Positions 1 through 12,336 of a DNA stretch of 28,535 bases are shown piece by piece (position 1 is the first letter of the stretch; each line of letters starts with the position of its first letter). The notes under the pieces are model-generated. The model was not told where the DNA came from. It worked only from the letters and a program-made list of their open reading frames with translations, and did no database searches. Both the position numbers and the translations under genes were made by a program. Source of the stretch: a virus; UHGV virus genome UHGV-0260790; one strand, 5' to 3'.

Positions 1-138
1 TCCGAGACGAACGCGAAAGCGTCGGAAACCAGCGCAGAATCCTCAAAAACGGCTGCCGCATCGTCCGCCAGTTCGGCGGCGTCATCGGCATCATCGGCGT
101 CTGCTTCAAAAGATGAGGCGACCAGACAAGCGTCCGCA
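1..138 (+). other. Inverted copy of an internal stf coding segment (wrong strand relative to the gene)
   Basis: Plus-strand frame 1 from nt 1 reads SETNAKASETSAESSKTAAASSASSAASSASSASASKDEATRQASAA, which matches the expected continuation of lambda Stf after the minus-strand gene breaks at nt 139. Confidence 0.75.
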
Positions 139-173
139 GCGCTGGTTTCCGACGCTTTCGCGTTCGTCTCGGA
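1..173. repeat. Fold-back inverted repeat at window start: arm 1-35 is the exact reverse complement of arm 139-173, spacer 36-138; left arm touches the window edge and may extend beyond it
   Basis: Base-by-base comparison: reverse complement of 1-35 (tccgagacgaacgcgaaagcgtcggaaaccagcgc) equals 139-173; pairing fails at 36/138. Confidence 0.9.
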
Positions 174-1252
174 TGTCTTCGCTGCGGAAGCAGACCTCGC
201 TGCTGCGCTGGCCTGTTCAGTGGCTTCGCCAGCCTTCGTTGTGGCTGTTGAAGCAGACGATGCGGCACTTTCTGCCGATTTTCCGGCGGCAGTGGCACTG
301 GCTGAGGCCTGCCCGGCACTTGTTGACGCGGCACTGGCAGATGATGCAGCCGCTGTTTTTGAGCCTGCCGCAGCTGAGGCGCTCTGTCCCGCTGCCGTCT
401 CAGAAGACTTAGCGTTCGTCTCGGACGTTTTTGCCGCCTTCGCGGAATTTCCTGCCGCCGTTGCCGAGGAAGTTGCGCTACTGGCGCTCGAGGATGCGTT
501 CGTTTCTGATAATTTCGCTGCCTCTTTTGAGGCCGCCGCATCCCGGGCTGAGGTGGCAGCTTCTGACGCTTTCGTGGTCGCGGTGGATGCAGAAGTGGCT
601 GCTGATTGTTGTGACGCTGCGGCATTCGTTTCTGACGTTTTCGCGGCACTGGCACTGGTAGCCGCCGCGCTTTTTGAGGACTCTGCAGCGGCAGCACTTT
701 TTGATGCTTCAGTAGCCTTTGTTGATGCCGTTCCTGCGCTGGAAGACGCTGACTGAGCCGACGTCGCGGCCTGCCCGGCTGATGTGCTGGCTGCACGTGC
801 TGAGCCTGCAGCATCAGTCGCATGGGTTGCCGCCTCACGGGCTGATGTGCCGGCATCGCTGGCTGACTTCTTCGCGGCTGCCGTGTTCTGTGCCACCGCG
901 GACGCGTTACGCGCCACCTCTTCCACCATCAGCTCAAAACGGCGCAGTGCCTCCGGACGGGCATCATCCTCCGTCATGGCACCGAGAAAATCATTCAGCG
1001 TACCGGGTCGGGAATCTTCATACACGGTGATGGTCCCGGCATGTGACGGCGGGAATCCTTCCACCAACAGAATAACGCTGTACTGACCGTACTCAACGTC
1101 CATGCTGTAACGCCCGGCTTCATCCGGATTTTCTGAGGCCAGCGTGTTCACCACCACCGTGGTGCTGTTACGTTTTGCTTTCAGCTGGATTGTGCAGTTC
1201 TGTACCGGTTTTCCTGTGCCGTCTTTCAGTACACCTGAAATCTTTACTGCCA
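139..1252 (-). CDS. stf: Side tail fiber protein Stf, N-terminal ~371 codons; native reading frame ends at the fold-back junction at nt 139
   Basis: Minus-strand ATG at 1250-1252 with GGGGTGA-like RBS; translation starts MAVKISGVLKDGTGKPVQNCTIQLKAKRNSTTVVVNTLASENPDEAGRYSMDVEYGQYSVILLVEGFPPSHAGTITVYED, then Ala/Ser-rich KTSETNA repeats typical of lambda Stf; not in the ORF track because no in-window stop. Confidence 0.8.
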
Positions 1253-1264
1253 TATTCACCCCAC

Positions 1265-1290
1265 AAAAAAGCCCGCCTGAACCGGCGGGC
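1265..1290 (-). terminator. Putative intrinsic terminator downstream of lom
   Basis: Minus-strand hairpin GCCCGCC-GGTTCA-GGCGGGC followed by a run of six U; lies between lom stop (1318) and stf start (1252). Confidence 0.55.
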
Positions 1291-1317
1291 TGTCATAACA
1301 CTGTGTTACCTGGCTAA

Positions 1318-1917
1318 TCAGAACTTATAACCGACACCCACGATGAAACCGTCAGTGCGCCAGTCGCCACTGCCGGAGCCTTCATAAGCAATATCAATGG
1401 CCACGGATTCGGTCGGGTTAAACTGCACGCCAGCCCCCCACGCCAGAGACGTGTTGCTGTGGCGACCGTCATCACTTCCGGTCAGCACATCGTGCTTTTT
1501 CCCCTTGTTGTCAGTTACGCGGAGATAATCCCCGGAAAAAGTCGACACACGGCTGTAAGCCACGCCTGCCATCGCATACGCGCTGAACCATTCATTCACG
1601 CGTACAGACGGCCCCGCCATTACGCTGAACCAGCGGTTACGCACGGAATCTTCATGCCAGCGGGTATCGCTGTAACGGGTCAGCTGGCGATTCTTGTCTC
1701 CTGCATAGCTGAACGACGTCACCATCCCCAGTGTGTCCGTAAACTCATAACGGTATTTCACGTTAATCCCGTTCAGATCATCACTGCCGGGAACGTTCGT
1801 CCGGGCATGAAGATACCCCGCGCTCAGCGTGGACTGATGTTCAGACGCCCATGCAGGCGCACCGGATACGGCCAGACAAATGGCTGCGGACAAAATGGCG
1901 GCATAAAGTTTACGCAT
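1318..1917 (-). CDS. lom: Outer membrane protein of the Ail/Lom/PagC family
   Basis: 199 aa ORF with signal peptide and C-terminus AYEGSGSGDWRTDGFIVGVGYKF identical in style to lambda Lom; sits immediately downstream of J as in lambda; N-terminal half diverges from lambda Lom. Confidence 0.85.
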   Translation of the reverse strand: MRKLYAAILSAAICLAVSGAPAWASEHQSTLSAGYLHARTNVPGSDDLNGINVKYRYEFTDTLGMVTSFSYAGDKNRQLTRYSDTRWHEDSVRNRWFSVMAGPSVRVNEWFSAYAMAGVAYSRVSTFSGDYLRVTDNKGKKHDVLTGSDDGRHSNTSLAWGAGVQFNPTESVAIDIAYEGSGSGDWRTDGFIVGVGYKF

Positions 1918-1983
1918 AATTACCTCTCGCTTTTCTGCAATAAAAAAGGCGTCATTTCTGACGCCCGTTCTGGGTTATAAAAT

Positions 1984-5385
<3,402 letters not shown>

Positions 5386-5442
5386 TCACGCTCCATAAAC
5401 GACAAAACCGCCCGCAGGCGGTTTCACATAAAACATTTTTCA

Positions 5443-6114
5443 TCAGCGACCAATCACCACAACCTGACCACCATCACCTTCATCTGCCGTGCTGATCTCC
5501 TGAGATACCACCCGCGACCCCACACGCATTTCACCGTACAGAACGGGCAGGACATTGCCCTGGGCAACCATATTATCCAGTGAAGAAAAATAGGTGTTCT
5601 GTTTGCCGTTATCCGTTGTCTGTGTGCGGGGAGTTCTGGCTTTCGGTGCCAGCATCTGCGCCACACCACCGAGCACCATACTGGCACCGAGAGAAAACAG
5701 GATGCCGGTCATACCACCGGCCCCAATGGCTGCCCCCCATGCTGCAAGGGTGGCTCCGGCGGTAAAGAATGATCCGGCAATGGCGGCAGCCCCCAGGACA
5801 ATCTGGAATACGCCACCTGACTTGGCCCCGGCGACTCTGGGAACAATATGAATCACAGCGCCATCAGGCAGAGTCTCATGTAACTGCGCCGTTAACCCGG
5901 GCGTGCTGACGTCCCGCCCGGCAATGCGCACCTGATACCAGCCCTCATTCAGTTTCTGGCGAAACGACGGAAGCTGCGTGGCCAGCGCCCGGATGGCTTC
6001 AGCCCCCGTTTTCACACGAAGGTCGATGCGGCGGCCAAATCGTTGTAAATCCCCGTAAAGGCAGATGCGTGCCATGCCCGGTGACGCCAGAGGGAGTGTG
6101 TGCGTCGCTGCCAT
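5443..6114 (-). CDS. I: Tail tip assembly protein I
   Basis: 223 aa ORF MAATHTLPLASPGMARICLYGDLQRFGRRIDLRVKTGAEAIRALATQLP, lambda I length and sequence; overlaps K 3' end by 103 nt. Confidence 0.9.
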   Translation of the reverse strand: MAATHTLPLASPGMARICLYGDLQRFGRRIDLRVKTGAEAIRALATQLPSFRQKLNEGWYQVRIAGRDVSTPGLTAQLHETLPDGAVIHIVPRVAGAKSGGVFQIVLGAAAIAGSFFTAGATLAAWGAAIGAGGMTGILFSLGASMVLGGVAQMLAPKARTPRTQTTDNGKQNTYFSSLDNMVAQGNVLPVLYGEMRVGSRVVSQEISTADEGDGGQVVVIGR

Positions 6115-6755
6115 TTGTCTGTATACCTCTCTCGTTTGCTCAGTTGTTCAGGAATATGGTGCAACAGCTCGCCGTCGCCGCAGTAAATGGCGGCATGATT
6201 CGGCACCGATGAACCAAAACAGCACAGCAGCACATCGCCCGGCTGCGCCGCTGACAACGGCACCTGATACAGCCCTGTGGCCTCCAGATTATCCAGATAG
6301 AGATTCTGACCGTGACGCCACCAGTCATCCCCGCGATGAAAATCCGGCATCTCAATTCCCGCCAGATGGTAAGCATCCCGGAACAGCGTGTAACAGTCCG
6401 TCACCCCGTGCTCAAAGCGCCGCCCGGTGAGATGCGGCACACAGCGGAATTTATGAATCGCCCCCCGGCAGACCAGCCACCACGGCAAATCACTCTGCAC
6501 CTGCAGCCGCCGGTCGGCCTCACTCAGCCAGGGCAGACCACCGGGGTGACTGTGGACCAGTGCCACAATCTCACCCTGCATCTCTGCCCGCAGCCAGTCC
6601 TCCGGCGACATCCGGAAATACTCCTCCGGCTCACCGGAGATATTCACGCAGGGAAAATATCTTTCTCCCTCCGGCGTTTTCACCACGAAGCCGCACGACT
6701 CCGCTGGCGCACATCGGCGGGCGTGCGCCAGAATCGCTGATTCTGTCTCTGTCAT
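6012..6755 (-). CDS. K: Tail tip assembly protein K (JAB/MPN plus NlpC/P60-like); long form 247 aa, classical lambda annotation corresponds to internal start at 6611 (199 aa, MSPEDWL...)
   Basis: ORF with HSHPGG (JAMM-like) motif and C-terminus YTDKWQRRTHSLWRHRAWHASAFTGIYNDLAAASTFV; ATG at 6753-6755 just after L stop. Confidence 0.8.
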   Translation of the reverse strand: MTETESAILAHARRCAPAESCGFVVKTPEGERYFPCVNISGEPEEYFRMSPEDWLRAEMQGEIVALVHSHPGGLPWLSEADRRLQVQSDLPWWLVCRGAIHKFRCVPHLTGRRFEHGVTDCYTLFRDAYHLAGIEMPDFHRGDDWWRHGQNLYLDNLEATGLYQVPLSAAQPGDVLLCCFGSSVPNHAAIYCGDGELLHHIPEQLSKRERYTDKWQRRTHSLWRHRAWHASAFTGIYNDLAAASTFV

Positions 6756-6760
6756 GGGAT

Positions 6761-7459
6761 TTACTGCGAAAGTTTGTTAATGGAAAGGAAGCTGCCAAAG
6801 TTGCCGACATTATTGCGAAACTTACAGCCACTCAGGCATTTGCTGCATTTATCCTTCGTGATATCGGACGTCGGCTGGTCATATTCATCCGCGACCGCCG
6901 GACCGCTATAACCGCACTCATCGCCGCGATAGGTCCAGGTGCAGGTGTTGGCCAGCATGATACGTCCCGGAAAAACAGCGCCATCCGTTTCAGTCGGCGT
7001 GGACAGTACAAAAGAGGCACTGACCGCGCTCAGTTCGCTGCACTGCTCGATGCGCCAGCGGCTGATCACCTCCTGCTCCGGATCGGCTTCGCTGTTTCCG
7101 TTGACGAAGTTCACCGCATCCAGAAAGCGGGCGTAAACCTTACGCCGGACCACCGTTCCGCCGACCAGACTCTGCAGATCTTCCGCCATCCCGGTGATCA
7201 TGCCGTGCAGGTTAGAGACCGTCAGTGTCGGACGGGCAGCACTGCCCTTGCCGTTCATCTCAAATCCACTCCCCTGAATGGGATAGGCCTGATACTGCCG
7301 CCCCTGCCAGGTGACCGGCTCACCTTTTTCGTTCTGCTCATTACAGAAAAAATAACGTTCTCCACCGACCTCTGTCAGGTCGATTTCCCAGAGCACCACG
7401 CTGGCCGACTGCTCCGCACGGGTGCATTCATTCAGTGTTTCCTGCCGGATATCCTGCAT
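6761..7459 (-). CDS. L: Tail tip protein L
   Basis: 232 aa ORF MQDIRQETLNECTRAEQSASVVLWEIDLTEVGGERYFFCNEQNEKGEPVTWQGRQYQAYPIQG, lambda L length; start overlaps M stop. Confidence 0.9.
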   Translation of the reverse strand: MQDIRQETLNECTRAEQSASVVLWEIDLTEVGGERYFFCNEQNEKGEPVTWQGRQYQAYPIQGSGFEMNGKGSAARPTLTVSNLHGMITGMAEDLQSLVGGTVVRRKVYARFLDAVNFVNGNSEADPEQEVISRWRIEQCSELSAVSASFVLSTPTETDGAVFPGRIMLANTCTWTYRGDECGYSGPAVADEYDQPTSDITKDKCSKCLSGCKFRNNVGNFGSFLSINKLSQ

Positions 7460-7788
7460 CAGTTCACCACCTGTTCAAACTCTGCGCTGAACTCAACACG
7501 CAGCATACTGACCCGCGACGACCATTTTGCGCAGGTCACCTTTATCTGCCGCCACTCATAAGGCGGCGTCCACAGAAAGGATTTCCAGCCCCCGTGCTCT
7601 TCCAGAAACGACTCCAGTACCGTGGCCTCCTCACGGGGGACAGAAAGCGTCACGCTGTACGTTTTCAGGTTGGCATTCAGCCCGGCAGGCGCTCGCTGGG
7701 AATAGCCATCACCAAAGCGCACCTTTCTTACAGAAGGGACCGAAGCCACATCCATACCGGGTTTCACTTTCCAGCGGAAGGTCTTCAT
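7459..7788 (-). CDS. M: Tail tip protein M
   Basis: 109 aa ORF MKTFRWKVKPGMDVASVPSVRKVRFGDGYSQRAPAGLNANLKTYSVTLS, lambda M length. Confidence 0.9.
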   Translation of the reverse strand: MKTFRWKVKPGMDVASVPSVRKVRFGDGYSQRAPAGLNANLKTYSVTLSVPREEATVLESFLEEHGGWKSFLWTPPYEWRQIKVTCAKWSSRVSMLRVEFSAEFEQVVN

Positions 7789-10346
7789 CGTCCACCTCCG
7801 GAGAACAGGCCACCATCACGCATCTGTGTCTGAATTTCATCACGGGCACCCTTGCGGGCCATGTCATACACCGCCTTCAGAGCAGCCGGACCTATCTGCC
7901 CGTTCGTGCCGTCGTTGTTAATCACCACATGGTTATTCTGCTCAAACGTCCCGGACGCCTGCGACCGACTGTCCGCCATGCTGCCCGGTGTACCGACATA
8001 ACCGCCGGTGGCATAGCCGCGCATCAGCCGGTAAAGATTCCCCACGCCAATCCGGCTGGTTGCCTCCTTCGTGAAGACAAATTCACCACGGTGAACAATC
8101 CCCGCTGGCTCATATTTGCCGCCGGTTCCCGTAAATCCTCCGGTTGCAAAATGGAATTTCGCCGCAGCGGCCTGAATGGCTGTACCGCCTGACGCGGATG
8201 CGCCGCCACCAACAGCCCCGCCAATGGCGCTGCCGATACTCCCGACAATCCCCACCATTGCCTGCTTAAGCAGAATTTCTGTCATCATGGACAGCACGGA
8301 ACGGGTGAAGCTGCGCCAGTTCTGCTCACTGCCGGTCAGCATCGCCGCCATATTCTGTGCAATACCATCAAAGGTCTGCGTGGCTGCACTTTTAACCTGC
8401 GACATACTGTCCGTGGCGCTCTCTTCCCACTCACTCCAGCCGGACTTCAGGCCTGCCATCCAGCTCCCGCGAAGCTGGTCTTCAGCCGCCCAGGTCTTTT
8501 TCTGCTCTGACATGACGTTATTCAGCGCCAGCGGATTATCGCCATACTGTTCCTTCAGGCGCTGTTCCGTGGCTTCCCGTTCTGCCTGCCGGTCAGTCAG
8601 CCCCCGGCTTTTCGCATCAATGGCGGCCCGTTTTGCCCGTTGCTGCTGTGCGAATTTATCCGCCTGCTGCGCCAGCGCGTTCAGGCGCTCCTGATACGTA
8701 ACCTTGTCGCCAAGTGCAGCCAGCTGGCGTTTGTACTCCAGCGTCTCATCTTTATGCGCCAGCAGGGATTTCTCCTGTGCAGACAGCTGGCGACGTTGCG
8801 CCGCCTCCTCCAGTACCGCGAACTGACTCTCCGCCTTCCACAAATCCCGGCGCTGCTGGCTGATTTTCTCATTTGCTCCGGCATGCTTCTCCAGCGTCCG
8901 GAGTTCAGCCTGAAGCGTCAGCAGGGCAGCATGAGCACTGTCTTCCTGACGATCGCCCGCAGACACCTTCACGCCGGACTGTTTCGGCTTTTTCAGCGTC
9001 GCTTCATAATCCTTTTTCGCCGCCGCCATCAGCGTGTTGTAATCCGCCTGCAGGATTTTCCCGTCTTTCAGTGCCTTGTTCAGTTCTTCCTGACGGGCGG
9101 TATATTTCTCCAGCGGCGTCTGCAGCCGTTCGTAAGCCTTCTGCGCCTCTTCGGTATATTTCAGCCGTGACGCTTCGGTATCGCTCTGCTGCTGCGCATT
9201 TTTGTCCTGTTGAGTCTGCTGCTCAGCCTTCTTTCGGGCGGCTTCAAGCGCAAGACGGGCCTTTTCACGATCATCCCAGTAACGCGCCCGCGCTTCATCG
9301 TTAACAAAATAATCATCCTTGCGCAGATTCCAGATGTCGTCTGCTTTCTTAAACGCAGCCTCTGCCTTAATCAGCATCTCCTGCGCGGTATCAGGACGAC
9401 CAATATCCAGCACCGCATCCCACATGGATTTGAATGCCCGCGCTGTCCTGTCTGCCCAGGTCTCCAGCGTGCCCATGTTCTCTTTCAGGCGGCGGGTCTG
9501 GTCATCAAACCCTTTCGTTGCGGCTTCGTTCGCCGCCTGCAATGCCCCGGCTTCATCGCCGGAACGCTGCAACTGAGCAACATACGCAATCTGCTCCGCC
9601 GTCACGTTATGGAACTGGCGCGCCATCGCCGTCAGCCCCGACGTCGGGTCAGTGGTCAGCTTCCCGAAGGCTTCAGCGACCTTGTCCACCTCCACACCGG
9701 ATGCAGAAGAGAAACGCGCCACACTCTGGCTGATGGACGCAATCTGAGCCTCACCGCTTACCCCCGCCTTAACCAGTGCACTGAGTGACTCGCTGGTCTG
9801 GTTAAACGTCAGCCCTGCCGCCTGCCCGGCTCTGGACAGGACCAGCATACGATCTGCCGTCAGACCCGACTGATTACCGGAAAGGACCAGCGTTTTGTTG
9901 AAATCGGACAGGGTTGAGTTACCCTGATACCAGGCATACGCCAGCGCACCGGTCGCCACCGCCAGCGAGGTGGCCCCGACCATCGGCAGGGTGATCGCAC
10001 CGGCAAGCCCCCGGAACATGGGGATCATCCCGCCGAAGGAGTCCTTAACCTGACCACCCTGTTGCAGCAGGATCAGCCACGGGCTTTGCCCGCCTGCAAG
10101 CTGCGTGGCCACGTCAGTGAACTGTGCAGGCAGCATACGCATGGCGGCTTTATACTGCCCGACGGAAATTCCCGCTTTCTGTGCAGCCAGCGCCTGTCGG
10201 CTCAGCGACTGTTCAACGACTGCCGCTGTTTTTTTCGCATCACTTTCCGTACCGGAAAAATGACGCCTGACTCTGGCCATCTGCTCGTCAAATCTGGCCG
10301 CATCCAGACTCAAATCAACGACCAGATCGCCTACCGGTTCAGCCAT
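7785..10346 (-). CDS. H: Tail tape measure protein H
   Basis: 853 aa ORF, lambda H length, MAEPVGDLVVDLSLDAARFDEQMARVRRHFSG, coiled-coil-rich middle, glycine-rich C-terminal region. Confidence 0.95.
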   Translation of the reverse strand: MAEPVGDLVVDLSLDAARFDEQMARVRRHFSGTESDAKKTAAVVEQSLSRQALAAQKAGISVGQYKAAMRMLPAQFTDVATQLAGGQSPWLILLQQGGQVKDSFGGMIPMFRGLAGAITLPMVGATSLAVATGALAYAWYQGNSTLSDFNKTLVLSGNQSGLTADRMLVLSRAGQAAGLTFNQTSESLSALVKAGVSGEAQIASISQSVARFSSASGVEVDKVAEAFGKLTTDPTSGLTAMARQFHNVTAEQIAYVAQLQRSGDEAGALQAANEAATKGFDDQTRRLKENMGTLETWADRTARAFKSMWDAVLDIGRPDTAQEMLIKAEAAFKKADDIWNLRKDDYFVNDEARARYWDDREKARLALEAARKKAEQQTQQDKNAQQQSDTEASRLKYTEEAQKAYERLQTPLEKYTARQEELNKALKDGKILQADYNTLMAAAKKDYEATLKKPKQSGVKVSAGDRQEDSAHAALLTLQAELRTLEKHAGANEKISQQRRDLWKAESQFAVLEEAAQRRQLSAQEKSLLAHKDETLEYKRQLAALGDKVTYQERLNALAQQADKFAQQQRAKRAAIDAKSRGLTDRQAEREATEQRLKEQYGDNPLALNNVMSEQKKTWAAEDQLRGSWMAGLKSGWSEWEESATDSMSQVKSAATQTFDGIAQNMAAMLTGSEQNWRSFTRSVLSMMTEILLKQAMVGIVGSIGSAIGGAVGGGASASGGTAIQAAAAKFHFATGGFTGTGGKYEPAGIVHRGEFVFTKEATSRIGVGNLYRLMRGYATGGYVGTPGSMADSRSQASGTFEQNNHVVINNDGTNGQIGPAALKAVYDMARKGARDEIQTQMRDGGLFSGGGR

Positions 10347-10789
10347 ACCGGACTCCTCCTGCGATCCCTTCTGATACTGTCATCAGCATTACGTCATCCT
10401 CCGTCATGTCCGCCACATCCGGGGAAGCGGGGATAACTTCATTCCCGTCCGGGCCAAAACGAACGCCTCCGGCAAGCCCTGCCGCTTTCTGCATCAGCAC
10501 ATCATCTTCAGGCTCTTCGTCAGCCTCGCGCCGGTTCAGCAGACTGAAATCCAGCGGATGCATATCCGGATCGCTGAAAAACAGGCTGAGCACGGTGTAC
10601 GTCAGCCCGGAAAAGTGCATATCCAGCAGAACATCATGAAAATAATGGGTACTGTAAAAGCGGTGCCAGTCGGCATACTCCGTGGATGACATCCCGGCAA
10701 GCATGGCGCGCCAGTCGGGTCGCCCCATCTCACGCGCCAGTTTCAGGGCAAAACTCAGCTCACCGTCGAACACTTTCCCGCAGAAACAG
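10339..10789 (-). CDS. T: T portion of the G-T tail assembly chaperone, expected only as a G-T fusion via programmed -1 frameshift
   Basis: Frame open downstream of G and overlapping its 3' end; translation ...LSFALKLAREMGRPDWRAMLAGMSSTEYADWHRFYSTHYFHDVLLDMHFSGLTYTVLSLFFSD matches lambda T; stop overlaps H start. Confidence 0.75.
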
Positions 10790-11177
10790 GCTCTGCAGGC
10801 CCGGCGTCCTCTGCCTGTTCAGGGGCATCATTCACCACAAACTCATACATACCGGACAGCCGGTACACCACGTTTTCAGCATGAGAAATTGCCTCTGTAG
10901 GCCAGGTGGTAAGCACTTCCTGCTCAATCTGTTTAACGGCTTCATTCATGGAAGGCATCTGCGTCTTCTGCGGATGGTTATGCCACAGGGACATCGCCAC
11001 CACACAAGCACCGGTTCTGATGGCGTCTTCCACAGTAAACTTCCGGTTGCTGTCTGACTCCGCCTGTTCTGCCTGCCGTTTCATCAGGGCGAGATGCTCA
11101 ATACGCTGCAGGGCTGACAGTTCAGAAAGCGTGACGGTCACACCGTTATGTTCAAATGATTCGGTTTTCAGGAACAT
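10755..11177 (-). CDS. G: Tail assembly chaperone G
   Basis: 140 aa ORF MFLKTESFEHNGVTVTLSELSALQRIEHLALMKRQAEQAESDSNRKFTVEDAIRTGA, lambda G length. Confidence 0.9.
   Translation of the reverse strand: MFLKTESFEHNGVTVTLSELSALQRIEHLALMKRQAEQAESDSNRKFTVEDAIRTGACVVAMSLWHNHPQKTQMPSMNEAVKQIEQEVLTTWPTEAISHAENVVYRLSGMYEFVVNDAPEQAEDAGPAEPVSAGKCSTVS
10783..10789 (-). other. Slippery heptamer GGGAAAG for the G to G-T -1 frameshift
   Basis: Minus-strand GGGAAAG near the 3' end of G, in the G/T frame overlap; same heptamer as lambda. Confidence 0.7.
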
Positions 11178-11192
11178 CGCTGACTCTCCGGA

Positions 11193-11933
11193 TTAACTGG
11201 CGGTGACGTTGATTTCTGCAACCGCAGCAAGTTCACCATTACCGGATACGACCGGAATGTTGACCTTGCCTGCAGCAACACCTTTCACGGTGATGGTCAT
11301 ACCACTGACCGACACGGTGGCTTTTGTTTTATCCGCTGACACCGCACGGAAGCTCTTGTCGGTTGCGCCTTCCGGCTGGAATGCCACGGTCAGCGTGGTG
11401 CTCTGCCCTTTCACCACCGAGGTGCTGGCAGGCATCACGGTCATGCCGGTTGCCGCTGTTACCGTGCTGCGATCTTCTGCCATCGACGGACGTCCCACAT
11501 TGGTGACTTTCACCGTGCGGGTGATCACTTCCTTCGCCGTCACCGCCTTACCGATACTGCTGACCCAGCCACGGAACACATCGACCGTGCCGTTCGGGAA
11601 GCGGATTTTATAGGCACGGGTATCGCCTTCATTAAACCACGCCAGCAGCGCCTGCTGCCCCTGCTCTCCGGGCATCCACGCCAGCGTGAAGCTGGTATCT
11701 CCGGCAGATTTCTGCCCCTGCCCGGTCGCAGTCCAGTCTGCATCTTCATCATCGAGATAGCTGTCGTCATAGGACTCAGCGGTCAGTTCGCCGGGCGTCA
11801 GGTCTTTAACTTTTGCCAGACGCGACCAGTCAACGTCTGAAAGCGGATTCGCATAAGGGTCACCGCTCCCCTTATAAACCCACAGGGTGGTCCCGGCACC
11901 TTTCACCGGCATTGTAGGATTTGGTACAGGCAT
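11193..11933 (-). CDS. V: Major tail tube protein V
   Basis: 246 aa from [45 protein letters not shown]; the ORF-track start at 11963 is an upstream extension; C-terminal Ig-like domain present. Confidence 0.9.
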   Translation of the reverse strand: MPVPNPTMPVKGAGTTLWVYKGSGDPYANPLSDVDWSRLAKVKDLTPGELTAESYDDSYLDDEDADWTATGQGQKSAGDTSFTLAWMPGEQGQQALLAWFNEGDTRAYKIRFPNGTVDVFRGWVSSIGKAVTAKEVITRTVKVTNVGRPSMAEDRSTVTAATGMTVMPASTSVVKGQSTTLTVAFQPEGATDKSFRAVSADKTKATVSVSGMTITVKGVAAGKVNIPVVSGNGELAAVAEINVTAS

Positions 11934-11940
11934 AGCGTCC

Positions 11941-12336
11941 TCACATTTCATAGGTAATGACATAAGTCAGATCGGCTGAACTCCACAGGCCCGCATCATC
12001 GTCGCGCCGGTAGTCATAGCCGCTGGCCACCATACTGGTGATCAAATCTGACAGTGCCGGGATATCGCTCATCACCGGATAAATCCGGGACTCCATCCAC
12101 GCATCCAGCTCTGAATCCGGCACCTGAGCAGGCAGGAAAACTTCGATATGCAGCTCCGCCTGCCAGGTATCGCTGTCCAGCTCTTCGCCCGTGTATTCAG
12201 CGCCGGTGAGATAAACGGCAACTGCCGGAAAATCCGCCTCATCAAAAACAGCGGGGCGACCATCAAAAAACGTCGCCCCGGTGTCATGCTTCTCCAGTGC
12301 ATCCAGTACGGCTGCACGGAGTTCAGTATGTTTCAT
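11941..12336 (-). CDS. U: Tail terminator protein U
   Basis: 131 aa [53 protein letters not shown], lambda U length; ATGA overlap with Z stop. Confidence 0.9.
   Translation of the reverse strand: MKHTELRAAVLDALEKHDTGATFFDGRPAVFDEADFPAVAVYLTGAEYTGEELDSDTWQAELHIEVFLPAQVPDSELDAWMESRIYPVMSDIPALSDLITSMVASGYDYRRDDDAGLWSSADLTYVITYEM

Noticed and set aside
150-430. Recurring GCGTTCGTCTCGGA motif inside stf
   Set aside because: Not a CRISPR array or mobile-element repeat; it is the nucleotide footprint of the repeated KTSETNA peptide motif in Stf, except the copy at 1-35, which is inverted and part of the fold-back.
220-756. 178-aa plus-strand ORF of Ala/Asp/Val repeats
   Set aside because: Antisense of the Ala/Ser-rich repetitive stf coding region; the frame is open by composition, not a gene (apart from the inverted stf segment at 1-138, reported separately).
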